From the NCBI RefSeq assembly GCF_009914755.1, contig NC_060940.1: DNA of 64,000 nt, one strand, 5' to 3'. Positions within the stretch are counted from its first letter, which is position 1. Every line of letters starts with the position of its first letter. Below the pieces are notes generated by a model that was not told the DNA's origin, made no database searches, and saw only the letters and a list, made by a program, of their open reading frames with translations. Shown here piece by piece: positions 1-11,943 of the stretch. A program made the translations under genes and the position numbers. Origin of the DNA: the human T2T-CHM13v2.0 reference genome, Homo sapiens.

Positions 1-130
1 ACATATCTCCTAATCCAACCACCTCAACAATCCTATGAGCAAGTATTATTGCTGTTGTTATTTTACAGTTAAGAAAATTGAGCAAGTAACTTATCTGTTA
101 AGTTACTAAACCACCAGGTCATATAGTTAA
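1..130 (-). mobile_element. MIR fragment
   Basis: 'caacaatcctatgag...attttacagttaagaaaattgag...gtaactt' resembles the reverse complement of the MIR core. Confidence 0.55.
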
Positions 131-145
131 TTAAGGCTTGCATGT

Positions 146-146
<1 letters not shown>

Positions 147-182
<36 letters not shown>
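147..182. repeat. (CA)18 microsatellite
   Basis: perfect CA run seen directly. Confidence 0.97.
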
Positions 183-184
<2 letters not shown>

Positions 185-272
185 ATCTGTGTCTGCCTGC
201 TTTGCACATATTAAACTGATAGATTAAGTGAACCAACATAACTTAGTTTAGTTTTATTTTTAAATTGAAGTA

Positions 273-573
273 GTCTGGGTGCAGTGGCTCACGTCTGTAA
301 TCCCAGCACTTTGGGAGGCTGAGGTGGGCGGATTGCTTGAGGTCAGGAGTTTTGAGACTAGCTTGACCAACATAGCGAAAACCTGTCTCTACTAAAACTA
401 CAAAAATTAACTGGGACGGGTGGTGCACACGTGTAACACCTGTAGTCCCAGCTACTTGGGAGGCTGAGGCAGGAGAATCGCTTGAAGCCGGGAGGCAGAG
501 ATGCAGTGAGCCAAGATCGCAAAACTGCACTCCAGCCTGGGTGACAGAGCGAGACTCTGTCTCAAAAGAAAAA
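273..573 (+). mobile_element. Alu (AluS-type), full length
   Basis: both monomers, A-rich linker and short A tail; approximate TSD aaattgaagta / aaaatgaagta; small internal duplication near 427-443. Confidence 0.95.
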
Positions 574-579
574 ATGAAG

Positions 580-1140
580 TAAATTTATATATACTGGTGC
601 ATTTTAAAGCCACATCATCACCACTCAGATGTAGTCAGAGAATATCTTGGCATCCCAGAAGGCTCCAGACTGCATGCCCCTTCTCCCAAAAGGTGATGGC
701 TATTTTCGATCTCTACATCCACACAAGTTTTGCCTTCTGCTTGCATTTTCCGTGAATGGAACATATCCTTTTTGTTTGTTTGGCTTATTTTTTTTCTACA
801 TTATATATGGAGATTCACTCTGTAGTAGTTCAGTATTGTCATTGTTGTGTAGCATTCCATTATATGAATATACCACATTTTATCCATTCAACTGTTGATT
901 TGATATGCATTATTTTTACTTTGGGGCTTCTATGCCAACTATTGCTATGAAGTCCTTTTTTTAATATAAGCCCTCGGTGAGCACATACAGTCAATACTAT
1001 TGCATACATATGTAGAAGTGGAATTGCTGAGTCACAAGTAAAGCTTATGTTTGGCTGTAGTGGATATAGTTATGGTTTTCAAAGTTACAGTTTTGGCCAG
1101 CAGCATGTGAGATTCCTGCGTCTTCTTTGCATCCTAATAA
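580..1140 (-). mobile_element. old L1M (L1MC/ME-type) 3' fragment
   Basis: 'gcattccattatatgaatataccacattttatccattcaactgttgat' and 'gaagtggaattgctgagtca' are typical antisense L1M 3' sequence. Confidence 0.75.
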
Positions 1141-1899
1141 TGTAGGCATCTCAGGGGCTTTAGATATTAAGACTAGCTAGTGTATCATAGACTTTCCACT
1201 CTAAGAACACAAAGGCCCAGAGCAGCAGCTCTGGCTTAGAGTGTAGTGGTGATTTCCCGCTGGCTCCCTCCCATCACTGTGGCTTTTAGATAGCTAGGCA
1301 AGCCCAGAGGAGATGGAAAACAATTGCAGAAGGCTGCATCCACGTCAGGAGGGTGAAACCCCCATTATTATGAACAACATTAACCTTCCCTCTTCTGGGC
1401 AGAAATTGCTCCCTCTGTCAGGGGATGCCATGTTTAAAGAACCCTGTGGTCTCAAAACAACTTTGAATGTTCCAAAGAGCAAAAAAACCCATTCATCTGC
1501 TCTGCAGAACCACAACTATATTATTTGGGCTGCTGACTTGTCACCTAAATCTTCAACTTGATTTGCAAGAAGTGTACCATACCAAAGACCGGTCTCTTCC
1601 TTTTTCTGCTTTCCATATACAAGAAGAGATTATTTCAAGTCAGTTGGGAGCTTACCTCTTCACACTTCACTGTAATTTGTAATTAGCAACATGATAGGCC
1701 TGGCTTTTCCTTGTAATTTTCCAAGAAACTCCACTTTCACTCAAGGAGGGAGAACAGATACTCAGTGTAAGTTTATTTGGGTAGGTGAGATGCTCACTTT
1801 TCAGCAAAGAAATTCATGTTGGAGCTACATGTTTTACTCACTTGGAGCCTCATTCTAGTAAGAAGACTTGAAACCTCAATAAAGATGATAACCTCTGGT

Positions 1900-2233
1900 T
1901 ACTCTGTGCTAGCCATCCGTGCTGTTTGCCAAATCTTTCCCTTCTTTTCTCTCCTGGGCATACGGTACCCCTGTGCTTCCTAGTGCCTTGTGTGGATGGA
2001 GCTGTGGCATTAATTCTGGCCTATGAGTTGGAGTAGAAATGGCATGGGCCACATCTGGACTGGAGCTTTCATTTTCTATCCCAGACCCTTCAGAACTCAT
2101 TGTGGATGACAACAGCTGCTTTCATCATGGAGACTTCTCTGACCACGTGGGACGGAGCTTTAGTTGTTTTCCGTCCCTGAGGTTTTTGTATGATTTGTCA
2201 TAGCAGCATAGCCTAGTCTATCAGGTTGATACA
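1900..2233 (+). mobile_element. MaLR MLT1 (I/J/K-type) LTR fragment
   Basis: 'aattctggcctatgagttggagtagaaatggcatgggccacatctggac' and 3' end 'ttgtcatagcagcatagcctagtctatcaggttgataca'. Confidence 0.7.
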
Positions 2234-2661
2234 CACTCTCTCTCATTCACCCTTGTGTAAATAAATCCTGGCCTGATTCATTTTGATCTCTAAGAAACTA
2301 GAGACTCCAAGATAGAGTTTCATTAAAACAAAAAGTTCTAATGTGGAATGAAAACTGTATCATTCTGAATATTGTATTTAGTTTGCCATTTATTATTTAA
2401 TATTTAAACTATAAACAGTACATATTTGGTAAATAGGCAACCATGTCAATAACAAGAAGGAAGTGTGAGGAAGAGCTAATAGGAGATGAAAGGAACACTA
2501 TTTTATCTGAAGATGTTCACAGTGAACTGCTGACACAGGGATTTCATGGCGGACTGAACAAGCAGAAGTGGGAAGCATTTAGGAAGGATAGGATCAGTTA
2601 TTCAGAATAGCCCTAAATGATGATTTCCTCTCCACTCACTCACATGTAAACTTTCCATTAA

Positions 2662-2696
2662 GGGGGAAAGTGGGAGGGGAGGAGGGTAGGGTGGGG
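2662..2696 (+). other. G-quadruplex-forming motif
   Basis: six runs of >=3 G with 1-5 nt loops. Confidence 0.6.
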
Positions 2697-3254
2697 AAGA
2701 ATGAGTTTCCCTAAATGATCCTTTATACTAAGATGTCTAGGGGAACACAGTTTTGAGCATAGAAGAAAAGAGATGAAACCACCCATGTAATAGGCTTGTT
2801 TTATTTTAAATCACCTTTGAGAGCTGAAGAGGTCAGGGATTAAGTGATTCCTCTTGGGGTAAACTCTATTTCTACTTTTCTCACTGTTGTAATCTTAGTG
2901 CTGAATGTAATACTTGGAATATAGGAGGAGCTTGATAAGGTTGTAAAATGAATGGCTGGGTGGGAAAAAAGTTGACATTGAAATACCCTCACTGCAAGCT
3001 GAAAGTCATGTTTTTTTTCTTTCTTGTTCCAAAACTTTGCAGAAAAATCTCCCATGACCGTTCCATACATTGATCTAGAAACAGTGAGCTCCTGAGTTTG
3101 TGGCATGCTCACCTCCATAGATAGCTATTATTATAGCATCTGTTTCCTAGGTATAGTGAAGTGCCAACTCCGTGTACCAAGGGATGCTAGTGTGGGTGCC
3201 CACTGATTGATGAAACCGAAATCCAGCCTTCTACTTCGACACACACCCACAACA

Positions 3255-3395
3255 TAAGAGGAAAGACCAGCTGAAGTCCAGGCTCGGGCTATCAGGATTA
3301 TAGTCCCAGCTGTGTTGCTGTGTCTTTCCTTTCTAGAGTCCCTTTGTTTCCACCTCTGTAAAATGAGATTAGAATACTTTAAAAAGTGTGTACTA
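3255..3395 (+). mobile_element. MIR fragment
   Basis: 'gtttccacctctgtaaaatgagattagaatac' MIR core. Confidence 0.6.
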
Positions 3396-3548
3396 AGAAT
3401 CACCAGGGCCTTTTTAAATAGGCAGATTACAAATTGGCACACCCAGAGTTTCTGATCCCCGAGCTCGGGGTGGGGTCAAGGAATCTATTTTTTAACAGAC
3501 CTCCCAGGTCATATAGGGCCATGGCTGATTTCTGACAACACACTTTAA
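3396..3548. mobile_element. MER5A (hAT-Charlie MITE)
   Basis: 'agaatcacc...cccagagtttctgat...ggggtggggtcaaggaatctattttttaacagacctcccaggt'. Confidence 0.75.
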
Positions 3549-4889
3549 TATCATCAAAATGGAGAATCTTTAAGTTGAAAGTCTGATGGCCAATATTTCC
3601 ATCAAATTAACCGCATAAATATCTCATTCTCTCCCAGAAGGTATTTTTAGGTGTTGGATAAATGAGTCAATCCCTGTTAATATGAGATTACTTTTGAGTA
3701 ATGGAACATTGTAGCCCATATAATTAATGCGTCCTCCTTCCTCTTGTCAACTCTGCATGAAGGCCCTAGGAGGGCCCTGCGTCAGCATTTCACACAGGCA
3801 TCTTCAGATGAAGCAGGGTTCCTTTCATCTCCTTTTTTGGGCCTCTTTATATCTGCTTACCACCAACTTAAAAAGGCTGGTGTGGGGGTTTCATTAAGAC
3901 AATTTCTTAAAATTGTTTAAAGATACATCCCTGAATTCCTTTGGTGGTTTTTTTTTTTTTTTTCCTCAAAAGCAATGTTTCCTGGGCTCTTATTAAGCTC
4001 TGTACTCAAACACTCAGGCGCTTTCAAAAGAAAGAAATCGTATGTACGACTAAGTGAGCCCTCCATTTTGCCCAGGAATAACAGGGTAGATTTGGCACAT
4101 GCTAAATCCTTGCCAAAAATTGAATAAATCCTAAAGGCTGACATAAGGCTTCATTTTCAGGAAAGACAGGAAAGCTTTGTAATAGAAGACATGATTTTCT
4201 TCTCTAGACCAACAATGCATGGGCTTTAGAGGATTCAAAGTCCCTAAATCCTTTCCTCCTAACTTTTCCCCGAGAGCCAATATCAGAGTTGCCTCACTTC
4301 CCAGGTTATCTCAAGTGATTTGTCATCCCAGGCATCTTGCTCAGGGAAATCTGGGGTTAACCATGTGGAGGCTGTAGATTTCAATCCTAGAATTCTAATT
4401 CCCTGCCTGAGGCTCAGGATGGGAACTGCAGGCATGATGCCCACCTCAAGGCCCGCCCGGAACAGAAGCGCTGAGCATGCAAGATATGCAGCGTGAGGTC
4501 ATGCCCCAGTGACATCCGAAATGGACCCTTTTGGAAAATGTCATGAAATTCATGACCAACTGTTATCAGCCACAAGGAGAGAAGAGGCTGAAAACCAAGA
4601 GTTTGCATCCTATTTGGATATGGTTATGTTCTAGGTGACTCATTGACAGCTATCCTCATCGTCTTCTTTTCTAACTCAGTTTTACTTTCCTCAATTCAAA
4701 TATTGGTATTTTGCAGCTGCTTCTACTGTAACAATGACTATAGTTCAATTATGTCCCTGCATATGTCAGGTATAGTACGGTCTAATTTAATCTTATTACA
4801 CATCACCATATTGCAATTATACATGCTATCCAAGTGTTAACACATATTTAAACCTGCTATTCCTTTGTCACTGATTTACAAAGAGGTAC

Positions 4890-5720
4890 CTGAAAAGAAG
4901 CAGATGTCATAATTACACGCTTATTCAGCTCATTTTAAACAAAGTCTCAAAGTAAATTACAGATGAGCCAGGCATGTCTTGAAATTAATGTAGTGATAGG
5001 ACACTAATGCCACGATTCATTACGGTTTGTCAATGTGCCGTACTTCTGGAATGTGCGATAAAATTATATTAATACTCTGTGCTAATGAGATTAATGAATA
5101 TGAACATGCAGGAGAAGAATAGGGTTCTTTGTTCAACTATTGAAAAAATAACATATAGGTAATTAAAAAGAATTAATCAAACCATGTACAGCCTCATTTA
5201 TATTAAATTAATTTGTCTGGTTTCATTTCTAATAATTAATCACTTTTTGCAAATTACAAAGCACTTCAGGCGGACGGAAGCACTACTGTAGGAGTAGTGA
5301 TTCAGAATATTTAGAATGATCAAGGTGGTCCCTGTGGGTTCATATTAATTAAGGTTTAACAGTTTGGAAAATTGTAGCAATATTTTATGATTCATGTAAT
5401 TAAACTCTGTAACAAAATGTCACAACTGCTAGTTACTTCTGCGCCTGTGATTTATATCTTCCCCCTTTCGGAAAGGAAGCGGCAGAAATGAAGTCTTAAA
5501 TGTGCCGACACTGTGGATGGGAAAACAAGCTGGTGGGTTCAATGCAAACTGAAGCACTTCACCGAGGGTGCGGTGCAACCTTCTACTCTCCAAATTCACC
5601 ATGTGCTTATGCAAATTAGAGGGAGTCATATGATCTGACATTTGATGGAAGTCTGGGTGGGTGGGGTGTGGGGGGTCTTTTCTGGCACATTTGCTTATTA
5701 GATAAAAACAAAGAGGCAAG
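4890..5720. promoter_or_regulatory. candidate conserved non-coding element / developmental enhancer
   Basis: repeat-free; dense TAAT/ATTA; P3 site TAATGAGATTA 5083-5093; octamer ATGCAAAT 5609-5616; GLI/GLIS-like TGGGGGGTC 5669-5677; CpGs retained in AT-rich context. Confidence 0.5.
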
Positions 5721-5829
5721 AGCCATGAGCTTCTTTCCAAATGTAAGGGGTTGTATTTGAAATTCAAATTCTCATTGAGGGAGGCTCCTGAGTTTCCAGA
5801 GCCCACAACCCCAGAAAGAAAGGTACCTG

Positions 5830-6550
5830 TTAGTTCAGGCATAAAACTGACTGGATTATGCGATCAGGGTACTTCCTAGAAATCATTTCCCCTAGTCCCT
5901 GGTATCCTAGAAGAAAGACTGAAATGGCTCTCCTGGGAAGCACCTCCTGAGGAATATGGTGTAGGAAAGCCACCCGCGTGCTTTCTGGCTGGGATGGCTC
6001 TCTTCCTTGGCTGCTGGAGGCACTGGAGAGAGGTCTGATAAGGATGGCTGTATGGATCAGTGGGTCTTATTCCTCATTCTGCAGCAGAAGCAACTGGGAT
6101 GTTTTTTCTCCTAATATTGTGCTGGCTTCTCTGCCTTTCTCTTTCCGGTCTGTACCCAAGGCTGCTAAACCCTGGTGGCTGGCTCTCCCTGCTCTCTTTC
6201 CAGATGGATTATGGCTGGATTCTGCCATGGGGAGCTTGTACAGTCAGACATGGAAAGCCAGGAATGGGAAAGAGGTCAGGTGGTTCTCTCCCACACCTCA
6301 CTGCCTTGGTGCTATGTCTCACCTCGAGGCTGAGTCCCTTGAGATGAGGCAGCCCACCTCCAGGGCTCCAGCCTTCTCTGACTCCAGTGACACTATTCCC
6401 ACTCCTGCCTCCTTCTGTGCGCTGGTGCTTCTCATCGTTTCTAGCTCCTGGGTGCCTCATCATCTCTTGTTTGGTCCCTTAAGCATACTCTCCTCTGTAA
6501 ACAAGCACTTTATAAAACTTTCTTTATTTGAAATATCTGATAGTGAATTC
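5830..6550 (+). mobile_element. ERVL-class solo LTR (LTR33/LTR16-like)
   Basis: 3' part 'ctgggtgcctcatcatctcttgtttggtcccttaa...ctctgtaaacaagcactttataaaactttct' matches the LTR33-type 3' end; 5' boundary uncertain. Confidence 0.6.
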
Positions 6551-6690
6551 ATGCCTGGGATCCACCCTCAAAGATTCTGACTCAGTTGGCCTGGGGTGGG
6601 GCCCTAACAACTGTATCTTTTTTTTTTGTTTGTTTTTTTTAAATAAGTCCTGGTGATTCATTTTGTGTGGTGGTGTGGTGGAAAATCCAT
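6551..6690. mobile_element. MER5 fragment
   Basis: 'caccctcaaagattctgactcagttggcctggggtggggccc...aataagtcctggtgattc'. Confidence 0.7.
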
Positions 6691-6769
6691 ACATCAGATT
6701 CTGGGAAGAGCTGGGTCTCCAAAAATAAGTTAATGCTAACATGGTACTTATTATGGGCCAGTTTCTAAG

Positions 6770-6962
6770 ATCTTTTAAATACACTGATGTATTCCATCCT
6801 CAAAACAACTCTAATAAATAAATAGGTGCTATTATTATTCTCATTTACAGAGAGAAGTAGTTGAGGCAGAGAAAGGACAAGTAACTTGCCAAGGTCACAG
6901 AGCTGATAAGTAGAGAAGCTAAGTTTCAATGCATAGTCTGAGCTCTCAACCACCACTCTGCT
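6770..6962 (-). mobile_element. MIR
   Basis: 'attattattctcatttacagagag...tgaggcagaga...aagtaacttgccaaggtcacagagct'. Confidence 0.85.
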
Positions 6963-7044
6963 AAAATCACATGAGTCTTGGCAATTTATTTTAAGGAATG
7001 ATTTGGAAATGGAGAGAACCTTTTTGTTTATTCACACTTACATT

Positions 7045-7640
7045 CAATTATGTATTTATTCATTCATTCCAAAACATTTGAATGAATGACTATTATGTTC
7101 CAGGCATCAAGGAAGCTATCCCTCTAACCATAAGGGCTAGTAAAGTAAACAAATAAACAAATCTGTAAGTGGAAAAAAACCAAAATTTCACATGATGAAT
7201 TGAATACATTGTGTTGAGGGACCCCTGGAGAATAAAAAACATGTTCCAACCAGAAACATGAAGAAGGATTTGCGGTGAAGGAGACATTAGAGATGGGCTA
7301 CAAAAGAAATAGTATCATCATTGGACAGTGTGGCATGTGGCTAGATACACCCATAATACACTCTCACCTGAGGATAAGATGGTTAATACAGCAGAGGCTG
7401 GAGGGAAGGAGTGATGTGATGGTATTAAGAGTAATTTATTCCAATTGCTTGAATTTTGGATTTTGTCCCTTAAATGCAGAAGAACCAAAATTGTTTTTAA
7501 GTAAGAGAATGATATGAGTGTACTGGGGCTTACAGACATTGCTTCACTAATGTTGCAGGAAATAAACAGGAAGAAGGCACATTGACACGCGGTGCCATCC
7601 TTTAAGAGACTTGAAATTCAGGTGAGAGATGATGAGCTTA
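7045..7640 (-). mobile_element. L2 3' fragment
   Basis: 'ttattcattcattccaaaacatttgaatgaatgactattatgttccaggca' is the antisense L2 terminus; downstream 'ttttggattttgtccctt...ttttaagtaagagaatgatatga'. Confidence 0.7.
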
Positions 7641-8799
7641 GAATAAAAGCCTCCACAGCATGGAGGAAGAAGGTGGCTGTTCCTGAGGAATTTTAAATTC
7701 ATTGATTTTTCTGCACTCCGATCCAGTGCACGGGGTCTGACTATTAGACATAATGTGTGTGGTCTGGTAATGATGCCATGTGGAGCTGCCCGGTTCTACC
7801 AGGCCATTCGGGAAGTTCTGGTCCCTCTCAGTCCACACTCAAATTGGATTAACTTGGAAATGAGAAAGGCCATGCTTTTTTATGCCTGTGAGCAGATGCT
7901 AGGAATTTGGGGGCTCCCATGGGAAAGAAACATAGATCCCCAATCAGCAGCCATGGTGTTACATGTCTGTAAATAGCACTAATTGGGAACGTTTTATTTT
8001 GTTTTGTTTGCTTTATAGAATGTACCACCCCATTGTTTCACTCAAGTATGAAATCCATCCATGGCTCCTTTGTAGGCAACAACTTTGTTCTGACTGTAAT
8101 ACTAATGGGATGGGGCGCAAAGCCTGCTCATAGACAAATGATGATAAAGTGAAATCTTTAAGAAATCATCAAAAAAATGAGTCAGGGCCATCTGAGCTGT
8201 CTCTCCAAAGTGACAAGGCTAAAGAAGCTGCCAAGACACCAGCCCGAGGCACTGAAGCACATTTATGATTTAATTCCCATTTTGACATCAATCAACACAT
8301 TAATAACTTCAGCCAAAGAAAGTAACATCCTGGGTGTGCTTTTACAGTGACATGCCTGCATCTAGGAAGCACATTTCTGATTGCCAATTAAACCCCAAAC
8401 AAGCTCAACCTCTCCCACTCATCTCACCCCATAACCTTGCATCATATTTCAAATAGCACTGTGGGGCCCACTGTCATAACCTTAGTTTGGTATTTCCCTT
8501 AAAAACTGACACCAATTTTACTAATCTGAATCTGGTCTTATGGAATTATAAAATCTGTTAGTTGGAAATGGGGGACTTAGGGATCATAGAGTCCACCCCC
8601 CTACCTGAGACAGGATTTCCTCCAGTTCCTCCTGACAACTTGTTGTCTGCTTCAGATCAATAACTCTGGTACTGAGAAGTCCCTACATCCCAAAAAAGCT
8701 ATGTGGTTTTCCAGGGAACCTGTGGATTTTAAGTCAGAATCCTAGCTCTACCCCAGATAAACCTGTCCCTCTGTTCATGTGTGTGCAAGTGAATATTCA

Positions 8800-9023
8800 A
8801 TAATCCTCATCTGAAAGCAATTTTGCTCCCTAGGGTAAACTTGACAAAGACTGGGGCTATTTTTAGTTGTCACAATGGTGGTCAGGTGGCATTGCTATTG
8901 GCATCTAGTGGGAAGAGGCCAGGGATGCTGCTGCTAAACATCCTACAATGCAGAAGGCAGCCCCCCACAACAAAGGGATTATCTGGCCCAATATGTCAAT
9001 AGTAATGAGATTGAGAAACCCTA
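8800..9023 (+). mobile_element. MER20 (hAT-Charlie)
   Basis: 'tggcatctagtgggaagaggccagggatgctgctgctaaacatcctacaatgca...ttgagaaaccct'. Confidence 0.9.
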
Positions 9024-9556
9024 TTCTATACATGCAGAGAAAAATATACAAACACACCCACATACTTAGTGCAGTGTCAGGCACATTTCCTTTTATTCTA
9101 TTTGTGAGAAAACGTATGATTCTTTTGAACCCAAATCTGTTTTCATTCAATCTTAGATCTACCCCATGGAAAAATATAGATTTACAAATATATGAAGACA
9201 TCTTCCAAAGTTACAATCTCCAAACCAAGCTTCCCCCCATTCCTTTCCACATTCCCTTGTAGGTGAAGGTTTCCAATATACTCATCATGATTTTTATGTA
9301 AAATTACAAAATAACAATAGCTATTTAGAGAATATTAACTAAAATGGGGGGCCAGTAGGATGAGGAAATTTGTTGGGAAAACACTGGTTTATCTCAGAAA
9401 ATCCAAGGGATCACCAAAACAACCCGGTCTTTGGGAGAAAGACAAGATTAAAAACTCTAATCTAGATGAGGATTAAGGTTTGTTTTTATGAATCATCCAA
9501 ACCTCAAGGCCTAACACAGTGGCTGAAAAGTTGTAAGAACTCAATAATTATGTGTT

Positions 9557-9693
9557 GGAAGGAGAAGAGAAGGAAGGAGGGAAGGAAGGAAGGAAGGAAG
9601 GAAGGAGGGAGGGAGGCAGGCAGGGAGGGAGGGAGGGAGGCAGGGAGGGAGGGAGGGAAGGAAGGAAGGAAAGAAGGCAGGCAGGCAGGCAAG
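9557..9693. repeat. compound (GGAA)/(GGGA)/(GGCA) purine-rich tetranucleotide repeat
   Basis: seen directly; six consecutive GGAA at 9580-9603. Confidence 0.95.
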
Positions 9694-10990
9694 TTAATGG
9701 ACAAGCTTTAAGAAGGAAATTCTCATTAAAAAATAATTAAGAGCAATAGCCAACCTCCAGGAATGTTCTTGTCCCTTTTAGGAGCCTCTGCTCTATGGCA
9801 AACAAGAAAACTGTCAGCAAAAATAAGCATCCTGCACATGTGTGAAGCACTGACTCCTACCCTTTAAAGATCTCCTTGCTTTCTTTGATTTCTGTTTGTG
9901 ATGCTAAATTTCTTGCTGCCTCTTTAAGCTTACAACATGTTTTGGGGCTTTGCAACATGCAACTCTGTTATTAGAGATTCTGTTGAATTATTCAGGGCTA
10001 AATCAAGATGCGAAGACACCTTTTTTGAGACAGAAAATTGGCAAACACTCTCTAAGATGCCTTACAGCCAAAAAAAAAAAAAAACTACAAATTCTGCTGC
10101 AGCTGTTGTATTTATCATAAAATAGGTAATGATAAAAAAAATTGTTACCTGCATAAGAATGACATGTATTCCTCAAGAGGTTCTTTTGTCTCCAGTGTCA
10201 GTATCAGCTTTTGTTAGCCATAGTCCCACAAGAGATGTACCTAATCTGAGACCAAAAGGGTTAATTCTATCCCTTGTAGCTTCTGAAACACAAATAGGAT
10301 AATGCACCATCAATATTAGAAATCAACATTAAGTGAAAAGATTCCCCCTTCCTTTGACTTTCATTATAGGGCCAAGAATATTGAAAACCACATTGACTCA
10401 AGGGATTGTGTCAAAATACACTTGATACACATCAAAAAGAATTGCATCAGCAAGGCTGAAAAAAAATCAATTGGCTTCCTTTCCAAAATGCTGACCCAAA
10501 GCTCAAGCCTTCTGCAAAATGCAGTGAAGTTTCCTAGAAAGCTTCTGAATGCAGTCTAGGTGTGCCACTGTGCAGCAATTCTTTGAAAAATAAAAAAGAG
10601 CATCCTAGTGGTGTTCAGTATCCAAGGTGCATCTCATTCATCAATAAACTATGAAAGCAGGAAGAAGAAGATGATCAAGCAGATAGAAGAAAGCCACGAA
10701 ACTAAGAGTTATTGACTCCCCAAGGCATGGTGCCTGGATGACAAGAGTCCAGGAATCTTGGAAATTTAAGCCAAGGCTCTGATTTCTAAATGCTGATGTA
10801 ATTCAGTGTCTGAGAAGGAATCAAAGTGAGTATGTTTCCAGAATGTCATCAGTGTACCTTCACTTCAGTCAAAAGTAGGTAGATTATCACTTTCCTTCTT
10901 TCCTGAAAAATTATCCTTCGGACTAAAAGCTCCTTCAAGGAAGTTTCTACCTAGTTTTCCATTTCACCAGCTCCTATATCAAGTCACTCC

Positions 10991-11362
10991 TGCTATGGTA
11001 GGAATGATTTTGTTGCCCAAAAACTCATGTATTGAAATCCTAACCCCCAAGTTGATCATATTAGGAGGTGGGACCTTTAAGGGGTGATTAGTTTATGAGA
11101 GCTTCACCCTCATGGAGAGATTAGTGCTCTTGTATTTTAAAAAAAAAGACTTCAGAGAATTTCCTTGTCCCTTGTGCCATGTGAAGACACCTCAAGAGGA
11201 AGGCTGGCTGTGAATGAGGAAGCAGACCCTCACCAGACACCAAATAAGCAGGTGCCTAGATCTTGGACTTCCCAGTCTCTAGAACTGTGAGAAGTAAATT
11301 CCTGTTGTTATAAGCCACCTAGCCCATGGTATTCCATTATAGCAGCCTGAATAGACTAAGAC
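10991..11362 (+). mobile_element. MaLR MLT1A/MLT1A0 solo LTR
   Basis: starts 'tgctatggt', contains 'ttgaaatcctaacccccaa...ggaggtgggacctt' and 'cttggacttcccagtctctagaactgtgaga', ends 'gactaagac'. Confidence 0.9.
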
Positions 11363-11811
11363 CCCCCTGCCCCCTTGATAGACACATTTGAATTGTGTGC
11401 TTGAGTTCTGAGAATTAAGTATCATGTGAACAGTTTATCAACCAGCTAATGTCCACTAGCAATCAGGCTGTTTGTAGATTTCCCCTATTTCTAACCCTTA
11501 ACGGAGGCCTCAATTAAAGGCTTCACTGATGATTGAGGTCTTTATTTGAGCTGTTACCTGGTGTTTCTTAAGCTGGTGAAAGATACTCTGCTGTTGTGGT
11601 CATGATTACCTTTATCCTCTAAAGTACATACACACAAATACACCCCCACGTATCACTTTTCATTTATTAATGTATCCTAACATGTAGAATGCCTGATATC
11701 AAGGCAGTAGTTCTGTCAACAATTCAGAGTAACTGAATTCATGACTAAATGGTTCTGTGTTCCCTTGCCTGCATGCGGAAAGAAACAAAACCTCTTGCAA
11801 TAAGAAGTTTC

Positions 11812-11943
11812 TACAAAGTCTCACAAATCATCACTAAAGAAATTACTCATGTAACCAAATACCACCTGTTCCCCAAAACCTTCAGAAATAAAATTAAAAA
11901 AAAAAAAAGAAACCTTAAAATTTCCAAAAAAAAAAAAAAAAAA
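11812..11943 (+). mobile_element. L1PB-type extreme 3' end with A tails
   Basis: 'tctcacaaatcatcactaaagaaattactcatgtaaccaaataccacctgttccccaaaacc' followed by aataaa and two A runs. Confidence 0.8.

Noticed and set aside
243-530. 95-aa minus-strand ORF (and similar ORFs at 21233-21685, 28206-28631, 60471-61024, 63744-63959)
   Set aside because: These are read-throughs of Alu sequence giving the familiar Alu-derived peptides, not genes.
5429-5842. 137-aa minus-strand ORF
   Set aside because: No recognisable domain or exon structure; it overlaps an enhancer-like region, and the length is attainable by chance.
9466-9740. ORFs with EGRK/PSFL repeats
   Set aside because: Translation of the GGAA/GGGA microsatellite.
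10620-10832. Purine-rich stretch ending in a strong donor AAA|GTGAGT
   Set aside because: No convincing upstream acceptor and no open frame.
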